IMG/VR virus record: IMGVR_UViG_3300037834_000023 | Location: 1 to 40,964 of that record | Origin: a virus | Lineage: Duplodnaviria; Caudoviricetes | Length of the DNA stretch: 40,964 nt | Direction: 5' to 3' (one strand) | In this document: positions 17,719 to 27,307 of the stretch, in pieces | Layout of the letters: each line of letters begins with the position of its first letter | Position numbering within the stretch: the stretch's first letter is position 1 | Notes under the pieces: model-generated | The model's database searches: none | Seen by the model: the letters and a program-made list of their open reading frames with translations, nothing else | Told to the model about the DNA's origin: nothing | Made by a program: the position numbers and the translations under genes

Positions 17719-18993
17719 TCAGGTCGAACACTTCAGCAGCTTGATCGCCTCGAAATTGACGATGCCGCCACCGACGCGCTTGGTCGTGTAGAACTGCACA
17801 TACGGCTTGTTGGTGTACGGATCGCGCAGGACGCGGATGCCGATACGGTCGGTGATCAGGTAACCACGCTGGAAGTTACCGAATGCGACCGGAAACGCAT
17901 TTGCGCCCAATGCGGGCATGTTGTCGTCGGTCTCGATCGGCTTGCCGAGCAGTGTTGCCGGGCCATCCGTCGTGGGCGGCTGCCAAAGGAAGGTGCCGTC
18001 GCCATCCTTGAACTTGCGGATCGTGCCCATCACCGGATCGGAGGTGACGAAGCTTGCGCCTGCGCGATATCCCGATTTCAGCGAATAGTACAAATCGACA
18101 AGCGCGTCCGCCGGGCTGGCGGTCGTGGTCGGCGTCAGGAACGTGGCAGCTGCGCCAGTGACGACGAACCCGGTCTTGCCCCAGGCATAACTTGCATTGG
18201 CGACCTTGTCGTACTGCAGGATGCCGCGGGGCTTGTTGACACCATCGCCGTTGATGAACGCAGCCCCTTCCTGTTCGGCAAACTCGATCGCGACTTCTTC
18301 GGCCAGCCATGCTGCGATATCGACAGCTGCATCATCCAGCATCTGCTGCGTCGCGGCAGGGTTTGCATAGATTTCACCGCTGTTGATCACGATCTTCGCC
18401 AGCGTCGGCCCATCGGTTTCAGGACGTGCCTGCTTTTCCCCGACCCAGCCAGAGGCTGCACCGCCGAGGTTGACAATCTTGGCATATTCACCTGCCGAAA
18501 TCGATACGACCCGCGACAAGGCGCGCATCGCCGAAACAGTTTCCAGAACCCGGTCAATCGTCGTTTCTGTCTGCGTTGGCACGATGTAACCGCCATCCGG
18601 ATCGGAATCCGTGGTCAACGCTGCCTTGACCTGCAGGTCAGACAAGTCCGCTTCCACGCCTTTGCGGAAAAACCGGTCGAATGCAGCGGCGTGTGCGGCC
18701 TTCGCAGGGTCTGGCGCATCGCCACCCCCTCCAATGCGCAACGCATCAATGGTGGCTTTGGCTTCGTTCACCACTTTGGTCAACTCGCTGATTTCCGCGT
18801 TAATGCGGTCGACCTTTTCGGTCTGCACATAATCGCCCAGACCTTTTTTCAGGTCGTCGAGTTCCTTCGTACGTTCAGCTTTGAACTCTTCGAAGGTCTT
18901 GTTGAGCTCGGCAAGAACGCCAGGCAGAGTGTTGGCATCGGCGCGCACGCCCATGATCCCGCGCGCGCGCAGGTTAAGCTTTGCATGTTTCAT
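17719..18993 (-). CDS. Major capsid protein, HK97 family
   Basis: N-terminal coiled-coil delta domain, DGGYIVP, FINGDG.NKPRGIL, FYTTKRVGGG. Confidence 0.96.
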   Translation of the reverse strand: MKHAKLNLRARGIMGVRADANTLPGVLAELNKTFEEFKAERTKELDDLKKGLGDYVQTEKVDRINAEISELTKVVNEAKATIDALRIGGGGDAPDPAKAAHAAAFDRFFRKGVEADLSDLQVKAALTTDSDPDGGYIVPTQTETTIDRVLETVSAMRALSRVVSISAGEYAKIVNLGGAASGWVGEKQARPETDGPTLAKIVINSGEIYANPAATQQMLDDAAVDIAAWLAEEVAIEFAEQEGAAFINGDGVNKPRGILQYDKVANASYAWGKTGFVVTGAAATFLTPTTTASPADALVDLYYSLKSGYRAGASFVTSDPVMGTIRKFKDGDGTFLWQPPTTDGPATLLGKPIETDDNMPALGANAFPVAFGNFQRGYLITDRIGIRVLRDPYTNKPYVQFYTTKRVGGGIVNFEAIKLLKCST

Positions 18994-19003
18994 GTTGGTT
19001 TCC

Positions 19004-19846
19004 TTAACTTTTCATCGTTTCGATAAGCTGCCGGATGGCTGCCTCGGTGGTGCCTGCATCACGCGCGGCGGGTGGGGCTGCATCACGCGCGCCCGAAATC
19101 GATGCGATCATCTGCGTGCGATCGCTGCGGGAAAATCCCGCTCTGGCCAAGGCCGCCTCGGTCTGGCGGCGGGCCATCAAACCCTTGTCCATTGAATTCG
19201 ATGGTTCGTCCGGTGCCTTCAGGCTTTCGGAAACGCTGTCGGCAAAGCCGTGCTTGATCGCATCGCTCGGCCCCATGAATGTTTCGGCATCCATCATCTT
19301 GACGATGTCGGAGCGCTTCGCATCGCTGCGTGCCTCGTAGATGTCGACCAGTGCGGCATCGAAACTGTCGAACAGATCGGCCGCCTCGCGCATGTCGTTG
19401 CGGTTGCCCATCACCACGCCCCAGGCGTTGTGGATCATCAGGAAAGTGCCGAGGCCCATGATGATTTCGTCACCGGCCATCGCAATGATCGATGCCGCGC
19501 TGGCCGCAATCCCCATGACATTGACGGTGACCTTCGCAGGATGCTCGCGCAGCAGATTGTAGATCGCGATGCCCTCGAACATATCGCCGCCCGGCGAATT
19601 GATGTTCACGACAACATCGGCCTTGCCGATCGTGCGCAGCGCGCCGGACATCCTTTTCGCGGTAAATCCGCCGCCGGTCCACCAGTCTTCGCCGATCACT
19701 TCATAAATCGAGATCGTGTTGGCATCTTCGCCCGACGCCGCCATCGGCGCTTCAGCCCATTTCGCCAAAACGTCGCTCGGCGCATCCCACTGGAAATTCG
19801 AAGGGCGTGGAAAGCTTTTCGCCTCCGGCAGTTTACGGATTGTCAT
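19004..19846 (-). CDS. ClpP-like (S14) prohead protease
   Basis: INSPGGD, GIAASAAS, MIHNAW. Confidence 0.93.
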   Translation of the reverse strand: MTIRKLPEAKSFPRPSNFQWDAPSDVLAKWAEAPMAASGEDANTISIYEVIGEDWWTGGGFTAKRMSGALRTIGKADVVVNINSPGGDMFEGIAIYNLLREHPAKVTVNVMGIAASAASIIAMAGDEIIMGLGTFLMIHNAWGVVMGNRNDMREAADLFDSFDAALVDIYEARSDAKRSDIVKMMDAETFMGPSDAIKHGFADSVSESLKAPDEPSNSMDKGLMARRQTEAALARAGFSRSDRTQMIASISGARDAAPPAARDAGTTEAAIRQLIETMKS

Positions 19847-21101
19847 CGGTCTGCAGTCCTTTGCTGTCCGCCGTCATATTCGGCGGCGGATAGTAGATAT
19901 CGCCGTCGGCACGCGGGTTTTCGTCTTCGAGTTCGAGCACCTTGTTCGGGCTGTAGACGCCCCACTGCAGCCCCTTCGCGTAAGACTCCCAGCGCGCCTT
20001 AAGGTCGCCCTTCACCAGCGCATTGCGGTTGAACTTCGCGTAAAGGTCTGCGTCGCGGGTTTCGTGGAGGCAATCGGCGGTGACCGCCTCTTCCCACATC
20101 GTCAGATGGTCTTCCAGCGTATACGTGACGTACCCCTGCCCCTGTGAATCGATGCCGGTGCCCCAGCTGGTCGACTTGTCGGTTTCCCCGAGCATGTGCG
20201 GCGGAACGCCGTAATACATGGCGATGTCGGTGTTCGAAAGCTTGCGGCTCTCGATCCACTGCGCATCGTGACTGTTCATTGCGATCGGCGCCCAGTCCAT
20301 CCCGTCTTCCAGGATTAAGGTAGTCGCCTCGCGGTCACCGCCGCTGCGGAAATCTTCCATATCGGCACGCAGCCGTTCATATGCTTCGTTTGACAGCGTT
20401 TTACTGTGCTTCAGCACCCCACCGACGCGTGCGCCGTTGTTAAAAACAGCCCGTCCGTGGTCCTGCTGCGCCAGCGCAAGCCCGATGGACTCGCGGGCAT
20501 AGGTGATCGGCGAAACGCCGGTGTAGCCGTTCAGGGTAAAAAGGAACAGATGCAGGATTTCGTCCTGCTTGAATTCGACGCGGCTCCCATTTTTGCGGGT
20601 CCAGATATGCTTGATGCTGTTGTCTTCCAACTGCACGGTCTCGACCCGGTCGGGATGCAGTGGCAGCAACGCCTGAACATCGCCCCGCGCATCGCGGGAT
20701 TTGAATGCATAGGCGTTTCCGCGCAGCAGGCAGTGCGCCTGCATCATCCGCTTGAACTGCGCTGGCTTCATCCACGCATTCGGGCGGCGGTTTAGCACGC
20801 GCCAGATCGTCGTGTCGGTTGCGTTTTCGCGAGTGCGATCATCGACCCTGCGCTTGATCTGCAACGGCAGGTTCGCGACCGAACCCGAAATGATCCGGAT
20901 GCAGCCATAGGCAACCGAAGACCGCAGCGCATTTCCCGAATTCACCGAAACGCCGCTGCCAATGACGCCACCTGACCGCAAGGCTTCTTCCAGATCCTGC
21001 GGTGTACGAATCAACACCCCGCCGCCTGCCGGCGTTGTCGCTGCCCGCGGCAAAGGCATCGGCGTTTCGGCGCGGCCCAGAATGCGGTTCCAGATGCCCA
21101 T
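19833..21101 (-). CDS. Portal protein, HK97 family
   Basis: LLRGNAYA, GVSPI, IAMYYGVPPHMLG. Confidence 0.95.
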   Translation of the reverse strand: MGIWNRILGRAETPMPLPRAATTPAGGGVLIRTPQDLEEALRSGGVIGSGVSVNSGNALRSSVAYGCIRIISGSVANLPLQIKRRVDDRTRENATDTTIWRVLNRRPNAWMKPAQFKRMMQAHCLLRGNAYAFKSRDARGDVQALLPLHPDRVETVQLEDNSIKHIWTRKNGSRVEFKQDEILHLFLFTLNGYTGVSPITYARESIGLALAQQDHGRAVFNNGARVGGVLKHSKTLSNEAYERLRADMEDFRSGGDREATTLILEDGMDWAPIAMNSHDAQWIESRKLSNTDIAMYYGVPPHMLGETDKSTSWGTGIDSQGQGYVTYTLEDHLTMWEEAVTADCLHETRDADLYAKFNRNALVKGDLKARWESYAKGLQWGVYSPNKVLELEDENPRADGDIYYPPPNMTADSKGLQTDDNP

Positions 21102-21105
21102 TAAT

Positions 21106-22791
21106 TCAGACCCGGATCATTCCGCGCTGTTCATAAATCGACGCACTGGCCGATGTCGGATTGCGCTCAAGCAACTTCGCCGCGTTGAACATCGCGATCA
21201 GCGGGTCGATCTTTGCCTTGCCGGCGGTTTCTTTGGTAATATACACCGCATTTCCCCGCTGTTCGGCCTTAGCATTGCTCACGCACCACTTGTTCATCGC
21301 GCTGCCATTGTGGTGCAGCGTGCCGTCCTTCAGTTTCCGTTCCATGCCCCAGACGGCGGAGGAGAGGCGAAAACCTTGAGGCACGCCAACCCATTGCTTG
21401 TCGTCCAGGCCCACCTCGGTCAGCGCATCCAGCAAGGCTGATATCGCCTGCGGATCGACACCGATCCATTGTTCGTCGGGAACAATCCCGCTTTCCGCGA
21501 CCTGTTTGATGATCAGCGCGATCTCGCTGATGTCCTGCGTCGCATCGTCGCACAGCACCAGGTCGCCGCTGGCCGCAAAACCTTCAAAGTCCGAAGCCAG
21601 CACTGGGCGCAACTTCAAAACCTCGCGCTGCACCCAAGCCCGCGTCCAGAAAAGCCAGTTTCTGGTAACCTTGTCACGGCCCGCAACGCACACGGCAAAC
21701 AGATCATCCAGTCCGCCGCCGTCGACGCCGACCACAGCGACCTCGCACCGGGCGAGCAAGGATTCCAGTGTCAGGTCGGGTTCATCCGCGTCCTGCCAGT
21801 AATCGGCACCGCGCCACCGGTCGCGACCAAGCCGCATTCCGATCTCGACGTTCAAATGCTTGGCAAGGAACAGCTGCTTGCCTTCGGCACCCTCGCCGAC
21901 CATTTCCTTTTTCAGTTCATCCGCCAGCCATTTTGCGCTGACCGACTTTCCCATATTCGGGTTAGTCACATAAAAATTCGCTTGGTCGAGATACGCTTCG
22001 CTCTCGATCATCGCTTTTGGCCACTCGAACAGCATTCCAAGGCTGGTCGGGTCGTCAATTTCGCCGTCGCGCACCCCCCGAAAATAGTCGAGGTCGCGCT
22101 TGAAAACGCCCGTTGGCGGCGCATCGCTATGCGTCGACAGCCGGATAACAAAACCTTCAGGCCGCGATATGAGGCCGCCCGTCGCCTCTTTAAGCATCGC
22201 GTCGGCATTTGCCCGCTTCCCGAACAGCCAAAGTTCATCGATCAGAACAAACGACGCCTTCTTCCCCGAAACCACATCCTTGTCGGCGGCGACAACTTTC
22301 AATTCCGCCTTTGTGACAAGGTGCCGGATCAGCCGCTGGTTACTGACAATATGCAGCAGCTTCGACAATTCAGGGTCGAGCCTGATCATTTCTGACGCCG
22401 GCACAAAGCAGTTGTTCGCTACTTCGATAGTCGGGGCCAGCACCAGCAGCTCGGCATTGTGCCGCCAGTTGCGGACCAGGGCTGTGATCATGATCGCCGC
22501 TGCGATCGTCGATTTACCGTTCTTCTTGCTTATAAGCAGGAAAAAATTCTGGATCAGCCTTTGGGCGGACTTTGCGTCATACGCGCCGAAAATGGCGCGC
22601 ACGAAATCGAATATGAACTCCTCCCCGACTTCACCAAATGTCGGCTGCCCGGCAACATCGGGGATGCGCAGCGACTTGAATATCGCCAGTGCCGCTTCGG
22701 CTTCGTCGGGAAACAACGGGTCGAACGGAATAAGCGACCGCCGCTCGACGATACGTTGCTCCCAGTCAGGGCACGCCGTTGACCATTGCAT
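21106..22791 (-). CDS. terL: Terminase large subunit
   Basis: Walker A SKKNGKST, Walker B VLIDE, nuclease GVDGG..D, KIDPLIA. Confidence 0.95.
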   Translation of the reverse strand: MQWSTACPDWEQRIVERRSLIPFDPLFPDEAEAALAIFKSLRIPDVAGQPTFGEVGEEFIFDFVRAIFGAYDAKSAQRLIQNFFLLISKKNGKSTIAAAIMITALVRNWRHNAELLVLAPTIEVANNCFVPASEMIRLDPELSKLLHIVSNQRLIRHLVTKAELKVVAADKDVVSGKKASFVLIDELWLFGKRANADAMLKEATGGLISRPEGFVIRLSTHSDAPPTGVFKRDLDYFRGVRDGEIDDPTSLGMLFEWPKAMIESEAYLDQANFYVTNPNMGKSVSAKWLADELKKEMVGEGAEGKQLFLAKHLNVEIGMRLGRDRWRGADYWQDADEPDLTLESLLARCEVAVVGVDGGGLDDLFAVCVAGRDKVTRNWLFWTRAWVQREVLKLRPVLASDFEGFAASGDLVLCDDATQDISEIALIIKQVAESGIVPDEQWIGVDPQAISALLDALTEVGLDDKQWVGVPQGFRLSSAVWGMERKLKDGTLHHNGSAMNKWCVSNAKAEQRGNAVYITKETAGKAKIDPLIAMFNAAKLLERNPTSASASIYEQRGMIRV

Positions 22792-23261
22792 CAGTTAATT
22801 CGGGTTGGCCCAGCTGGCGGCGCATATTTGCCGGTCACTGCTGCCGCATCCTCGATCCGTTGGTCCTTCTTGCCCAAAGGCCGTTGCTGCGCTTCTTCGT
22901 GTGAACCGCGATTGCTGACATTGTCGGCGAGCAGATCGAGGTCGACCCGATCAAGGTAGCGACCAAATTCCTTGATCGCACCGACGTTGCCTGCCTGCGC
23001 CTGTGTCCAAAGCACTTCGATGTGCCGGGCCTTCACCCGCAACAGCGCATCGTCGGCATGCTTGATCTCTGAAAAATAATACTTCCGGAATGTCGGCATG
23101 GACAACTTCAACGCAGCAGCCACGCGATCCTTTGTCCAGCCAAGCGCAAATAAAAGCATGATTTTATTGCGATTTTCGTCGGTCGGTTCGTGCGAAGGCC
23201 GGCCAGCCATGTCGCGGCGCTCGCGAACCGGCACGCCAAACAGGTCAAAATTCTCCACCAT
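22791..23261 (-). CDS. terS: Terminase small subunit
   Basis: [11 protein letters not shown]-like segment, GNVGA; coupled to terL. Confidence 0.8.
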   Translation of the reverse strand: MVENFDLFGVPVRERRDMAGRPSHEPTDENRNKIMLLFALGWTKDRVAAALKLSMPTFRKYYFSEIKHADDALLRVKARHIEVLWTQAQAGNVGAIKEFGRYLDRVDLDLLADNVSNRGSHEEAQQRPLGKKDQRIEDAAAVTGKYAPPAGPTRIN

Positions 23262-23335
23262 CGAAAAAAAATCCGCGAATGAGAGGGCGGCGGTCAGGAA
23301 GGCACGCGGTTTTGTAGACTTTTGCCTACCCCCCG
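23262..23335 (-). other. Candidate cos/packaging region
   Basis: Gap between HNH and terS starting GGGGGTAGGCAAAAGTCT; this position is typical in HK97-like cos phages. Confidence 0.35.
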
Positions 23336-23655
23336 GTCATTCCGTTCGCTTTCACCCCGAGCGCCCGCTTCTTGCGGGCCAGAGATGTCTTTGTGTTGTG
23401 GCACCGGATGCACAGCAACTCGATGTTGCATTCATCGAGATCAGCACCACCATCTTTGCGTTCGACGATATGGTCGCCGATCACCCGATAAGATGAACCG
23501 CATCGTGCGCAGAAATTGCCGCGCGCCTGCTTGATCATCTTGATCAGCTGCAGCCATTCGCGCGACTGGTAGAACTGCTCGGCCACCTTCGGCTGCATCG
23601 CTATCCGAGGAGCGAGCGCGGCAACCCGCGCGCCAAGGCTGGCCAGCTTTCCCAT
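23326..23655 (-). CDS. Packaging-associated HNH endonuclease
   Basis: CARC...DHIV...GG....N...LCIRCHNTKT. Confidence 0.9.
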   Translation of the reverse strand: MGKLASLGARVAALAPRIAMQPKVAEQFYQSREWLQLIKMIKQARGNFCARCGSSYRVIGDHIVERKDGGADLDECNIELLCIRCHNTKTSLARKKRALGVKANGMTGG

Positions 23656-23902
23656 CACCCAACCCCGCACAAACAACCGGCGACGCCGGCATTGCCAGCG
23701 CCGCCGAGGATTTCCGTATCGCTAGGGAAGGAGAGGAAAGCCCGATGGCGTGATGCAACCCTTGCGACCCGCACCACGCCCACCGCGCCTGATGTGGATA
23801 GCATTTTCAGGCCAAATGTGGACATAAGAAATTTCGACCCCTGCCACAGATACCCTATTGACAGCGTGGCAGACGCCAAACTCCTAGACTTTCGATAACC
23901 AC

Positions 23903-24439
23903 TCACCGCGAAGGACAATCCCGCGCACGGTCGACAGCGACACCGCGCCGTTCGAGCTCGACCGCAATCGCCGAGATCGCCCGCCCGTATCGCTTCGACA
24001 GCGCGCCCGCACCCTTGGCCAGCCCCATAGGACGCAGCAACAGCGACCAGCGCACCTGCCCGCGCTCCTCGCCGCGCACCGCGCCCAGCTTGCGCGCCAC
24101 CAGCACGATCAGCTTGGCATCGCTGGCAGAGCCCTCGCCCTTGCCCGACAGCCTTGCACCAGGCCGCACCGGCGCAGGCACCAGCGCCAGCCATCCCACT
24201 GTTTCATCCATCCTCGCCCGCTCTGCCCGCGACAGCGGCACACGCACCGGCGGCGGCGCATCCATATCGCCACCACGCGCATCATAATCGCCTGCAACCG
24301 CCCGCATCAGATGCCAAGGCCCGTCACCGGCAAAGGGCCAACTGCCCGGCTCGTCCCGCCACGCAAAGCGCATCGCCTCGATAAACCGATCCTCGACCGC
24401 ATCGAACGTCCAGAAATCCTGTACATCGGCTTCTATCAT
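23903..24439 (-). CDS. Hypothetical protein, possible late transcription regulator
   Basis: Last gene before the late operon; WTFDAVEDRFIEA start and HTH-like C-terminus. Confidence 0.65.
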   Translation of the reverse strand: MIEADVQDFWTFDAVEDRFIEAMRFAWRDEPGSWPFAGDGPWHLMRAVAGDYDARGGDMDAPPPVRVPLSRAERARMDETVGWLALVPAPVRPGARLSGKGEGSASDAKLIVLVARKLGAVRGEERGQVRWSLLLRPMGLAKGAGALSKRYGRAISAIAVELERRGVAVDRARDCPSR

Positions 24440-25014
24440 GGCTTTTCCCTCCACAGAATGGGCTTTTGATCTTTCGAAATACGATGCTTGCCCCGCGCCA
24501 TCGGATGTTTCGGCGCACCGCTATTCGTTTTGCCCCAGCACCATAAATCAGGCCACGGCGCATCGCCTGTCTGGATCCCTTCAACAACATGCTCGATCCA
24601 GTCGTGGTCCCATGCGATGTTGCCCCAACATACGAACACCTGATCGGCGGCTTTTGCCATCGCGACAACGGCAGGCAGGTTTACGATTTGCATTTGGTCG
24701 CGCGCCCACCAATCATCAGTCAAGTGCCAATCGGCAATCTTGCGACAAGCAGCAGGGTCAGGTGTGACGAAAGGATAGAGGTTCGCAGCGTCGTAGCCGC
24801 CGAAGCCATAAAGCTGAAACCATGCGTTCCACCATAGCGAGGTGGGGTCATCCACCTTCTTTCCGCCTGCATCAGATGGATTGCAGCCGATCACAAGCGC
24901 GCGCGGTCCCGGTCCCCAATTGCGGGTCAACTTTATGCGAACGCCATCGCCGTTGAACTCAGCGGACCGATGCATGACAGGAACGCCGAAAAGATCATTA
25001 TCGCAAACCATCAT
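24436..25014 (-). CDS. DUF1643 family protein
   Basis: IGCNPSDA...DDPT, NLYP, VCWG, GAPKHP. Confidence 0.85.
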   Translation of the reverse strand: MMVCDNDLFGVPVMHRSAEFNGDGVRIKLTRNWGPGPRALVIGCNPSDAGGKKVDDPTSLWWNAWFQLYGFGGYDAANLYPFVTPDPAACRKIADWHLTDDWWARDQMQIVNLPAVVAMAKAADQVFVCWGNIAWDHDWIEHVVEGIQTGDAPWPDLWCWGKTNSGAPKHPMARGKHRISKDQKPILWREKP

Positions 25015-25108
25015 CCTATTTTCCCTTCAAAAACACCGAGAACCATCACCACCAACTAACCGGCCAAATCCCCGCAAACCCGCATCAATCCGCCATTTTC
25101 TCAATTAC

Positions 25109-25400
25109 CGAAGCTCCATTGGAGAAAACCGAAACTACCTCACAAAATCGAAATGGAGAAAACCGCAAAACCAAAAACTACAATTAAAACAATATATTAT
25201 CTGACTACTACTCTCTCAATTGGAGGAAATGGAGCAATGGAGGTAAAAACACAGGCAATCCCGCACGCACGCGCATGCGCGCACACATGCGGAACGTCAC
25301 ACTTTTTGCCTCCATTGCTCCACACGCGCAGAAAACTGCGGGATAAATCCCTCCAAATGCCCTTTTTGCTTTGCTCCGCGTTTCCTCCAATGGAGCTTCG
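25109..25400. other. Putative phage replication origin with nested inverted repeats
   Basis: 16-bp perfect IR (25109-25124/25385-25400), 19/20 IR (25230-25249/25303-25322), TGGAG/CTCCA iterons, AT-rich tract; directly downstream of the helicase. Confidence 0.7.
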
Positions 25401-25441
25401 CGGTCGGCCTACATTCGGCCTTGACAGATGCCAGACCCACG

Positions 25442-27307
25442 TCATTCCGCACCATACCAGTCGGGTATATCATCATCCGGGCCGAACGGCGCAGCATCGC
25501 TACCGTCGCCATATTCACCCACATTTTCGGCATTATCGACCGCTGACCAGACGCCCTGTTCGATGCAGTGACGCGTCACCTGGGCGGATACACCGACCCA
25601 CCATTCGCCGTTCGAATGCATGTCGACAAAGCCCTTGGCTTCCATCGCCTTCGAAAATTGCCTGTTCTTGAACTCGAAATGACCGCCAGACTGCGCCCAC
25701 GCGGTGTACAGTTCGAACAATTCCTTTTTGCGCGTTCGCATAGGCCGCGCGCGCGTATCCTCGCCCAGCAGGCAGCATTGGCGCAGGAACTTGCCGATCG
25801 CATCGCTGTCGTCCCGATACTTCGACGTGGCCATGCGCACTTCGTCGGGCTCGATCAGGCCATTGGCCTTCCAGTCGAGCAGGCCCGCTATCAGGCGCGC
25901 GAAGATGCCCTCTGCCTCCTGTCGGAGCTTCGCAGGCAAATCCTTGTCGATATCCTCGCGCGCGATCTGCACGTTCCACGGCACCAGCTGCATGCGTCGC
26001 CAGATGCCATCGCTTTCGTCACGAATGGCGGGCTTCTGGTTACCCGATATCGTCATCTTGAATTCGGGCAGGAAGGTGAAAAGCCCTTTGTTCAGGTGCC
26101 GCGCGTCGACCGGATCGCCGCCGGTCACCGTCTTGACCAGCCCTTCGTTCAACACCGCGCCCTTGCTCGGCTCCGACACACGCAGGAAGCGCACACCGGG
26201 CAGCCGAGCGATATCGGGCGTCGCCTGGTCGCCGCGCCGCTTGCCATTGTCGAGAAGACTTTCGATCGGCAACGAACCGGCATAATCGCCAGCCAGATAG
26301 GCCACCGCCTCGACCCACGTCCCTTTGCCGTTACGACCCTGACCGTAGAAAAACGCAAGCTTCTGCTCGCCGATATCACCGGTCAGCGACAATCCGCCCC
26401 ATTGCATGATGAACCGGCGCATCGTCGCATCCGGCTGCACGGTGTTGATGAAATCGTCGTAAACCGGCGCAGACGCATTCGGCTTGTACGCAACATTCGT
26501 GATTTTCGTGATCAGGTCGTCGCGATTATGCTTGTCGCGCCGGATCTGCCAGCCATCGACCTTCCACGCGCTTTTGCCCGCAGCGACTTCCTCTGCCGAG
26601 CGCCTGACCTTGCGCCGCTCGATGCGCAGCGTGCCATTCTGGCAGTTGATAGCCATGCGGTCGGCGTCGAAATCGTCGACCTTTGCCGATATCCCGTCGA
26701 ACGCCTTGGCCAGTGTCGCGATGCACGACAGCCGCGCCGCCGATTCCGACGACCGCGCCCATTCGGCCACCTTGTCGCTGAAATAGACGCCCTTTTTCGC
26801 GTCGATCAGATAATCGAGGCAATCAGCCATCTGGGCGTCATGCGCTGCAACCTGCGCGGCATCGAAATGCGGCGGCGGATCGGTCTTGACGCCCGACCGG
26901 CGCACCAGCACCGCCTCATTCTTGATCGCCCGCACCGTGGCAAACACCGCCTGCATCACCGCGGCAGGCACACGGTCCTTCTCTTCGGACAGCAGCATCC
27001 AGCGTGCGCCGTCGTACCACAGCCAGCCCCATTCGGCTACAAAGCGGAAATCCGCCCCGAAACGCAGCACAAAGCGTTCGGCATTGCCCAGGTCGGTCAG
27101 CGGAAAGCGTGCGGCAGCCCTGTCGATTTCACTGTCGGGCTTTGGCCTCAACCGCACGACCGCGTTTGATGCGCCGGGATTGCCGTTTTCCGTCCCCGCT
27201 TCACTACCTCCCCCCGCACCCCTTCCAGACGCGGAAACGCCCTCTCCGACCGGAGATTTTCCGACATCCCCTCCATCGGGGTCAGGGTATCCAGTGTCGG
27301 CGCTCAC
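25442..27307 (-). CDS. P4/D5-family SF3 helicase
   Basis: TDLGNAERF, INCQNG, GQGRNGKGT Walker A, DGIWRR; GTG start overlapping the primase stop. Confidence 0.92.
   Translation of the reverse strand: MSADTGYPDPDGGDVGKSPVGEGVSASGRGAGGGSEAGTENGNPGASNAVVRLRPKPDSEIDRAAARFPLTDLGNAERFVLRFGADFRFVAEWGWLWYDGARWMLLSEEKDRVPAAVMQAVFATVRAIKNEAVLVRRSGVKTDPPPHFDAAQVAAHDAQMADCLDYLIDAKKGVYFSDKVAEWARSSESAARLSCIATLAKAFDGISAKVDDFDADRMAINCQNGTLRIERRKVRRSAEEVAAGKSAWKVDGWQIRRDKHNRDDLITKITNVAYKPNASAPVYDDFINTVQPDATMRRFIMQWGGLSLTGDIGEQKLAFFYGQGRNGKGTWVEAVAYLAGDYAGSLPIESLLDNGKRRGDQATPDIARLPGVRFLRVSEPSKGAVLNEGLVKTVTGGDPVDARHLNKGLFTFLPEFKMTISGNQKPAIRDESDGIWRRMQLVPWNVQIAREDIDKDLPAKLRQEAEGIFARLIAGLLDWKANGLIEPDEVRMATSKYRDDSDAIGKFLRQCCLLGEDTRARPMRTRKKELFELYTAWAQSGGHFEFKNRQFSKAMEAKGFVDMHSNGEWWVGVSAQVTRHCIEQGVWSAVDNAENVGEYGDGSDAAPFGPDDDIPDWYGAE

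Noticed and set aside
23793-23825. TGTGGATAG and TGTGGACAT resembling DnaA boxes in the late promoter region
   Set aside because: Imperfect matches, only two, far from the candidate origin; may be regulator sites but unsupported
25153-25671. ORFs across the origin region
   Set aside because: Biased, repeat-derived translations; better explained as non-coding origin DNA
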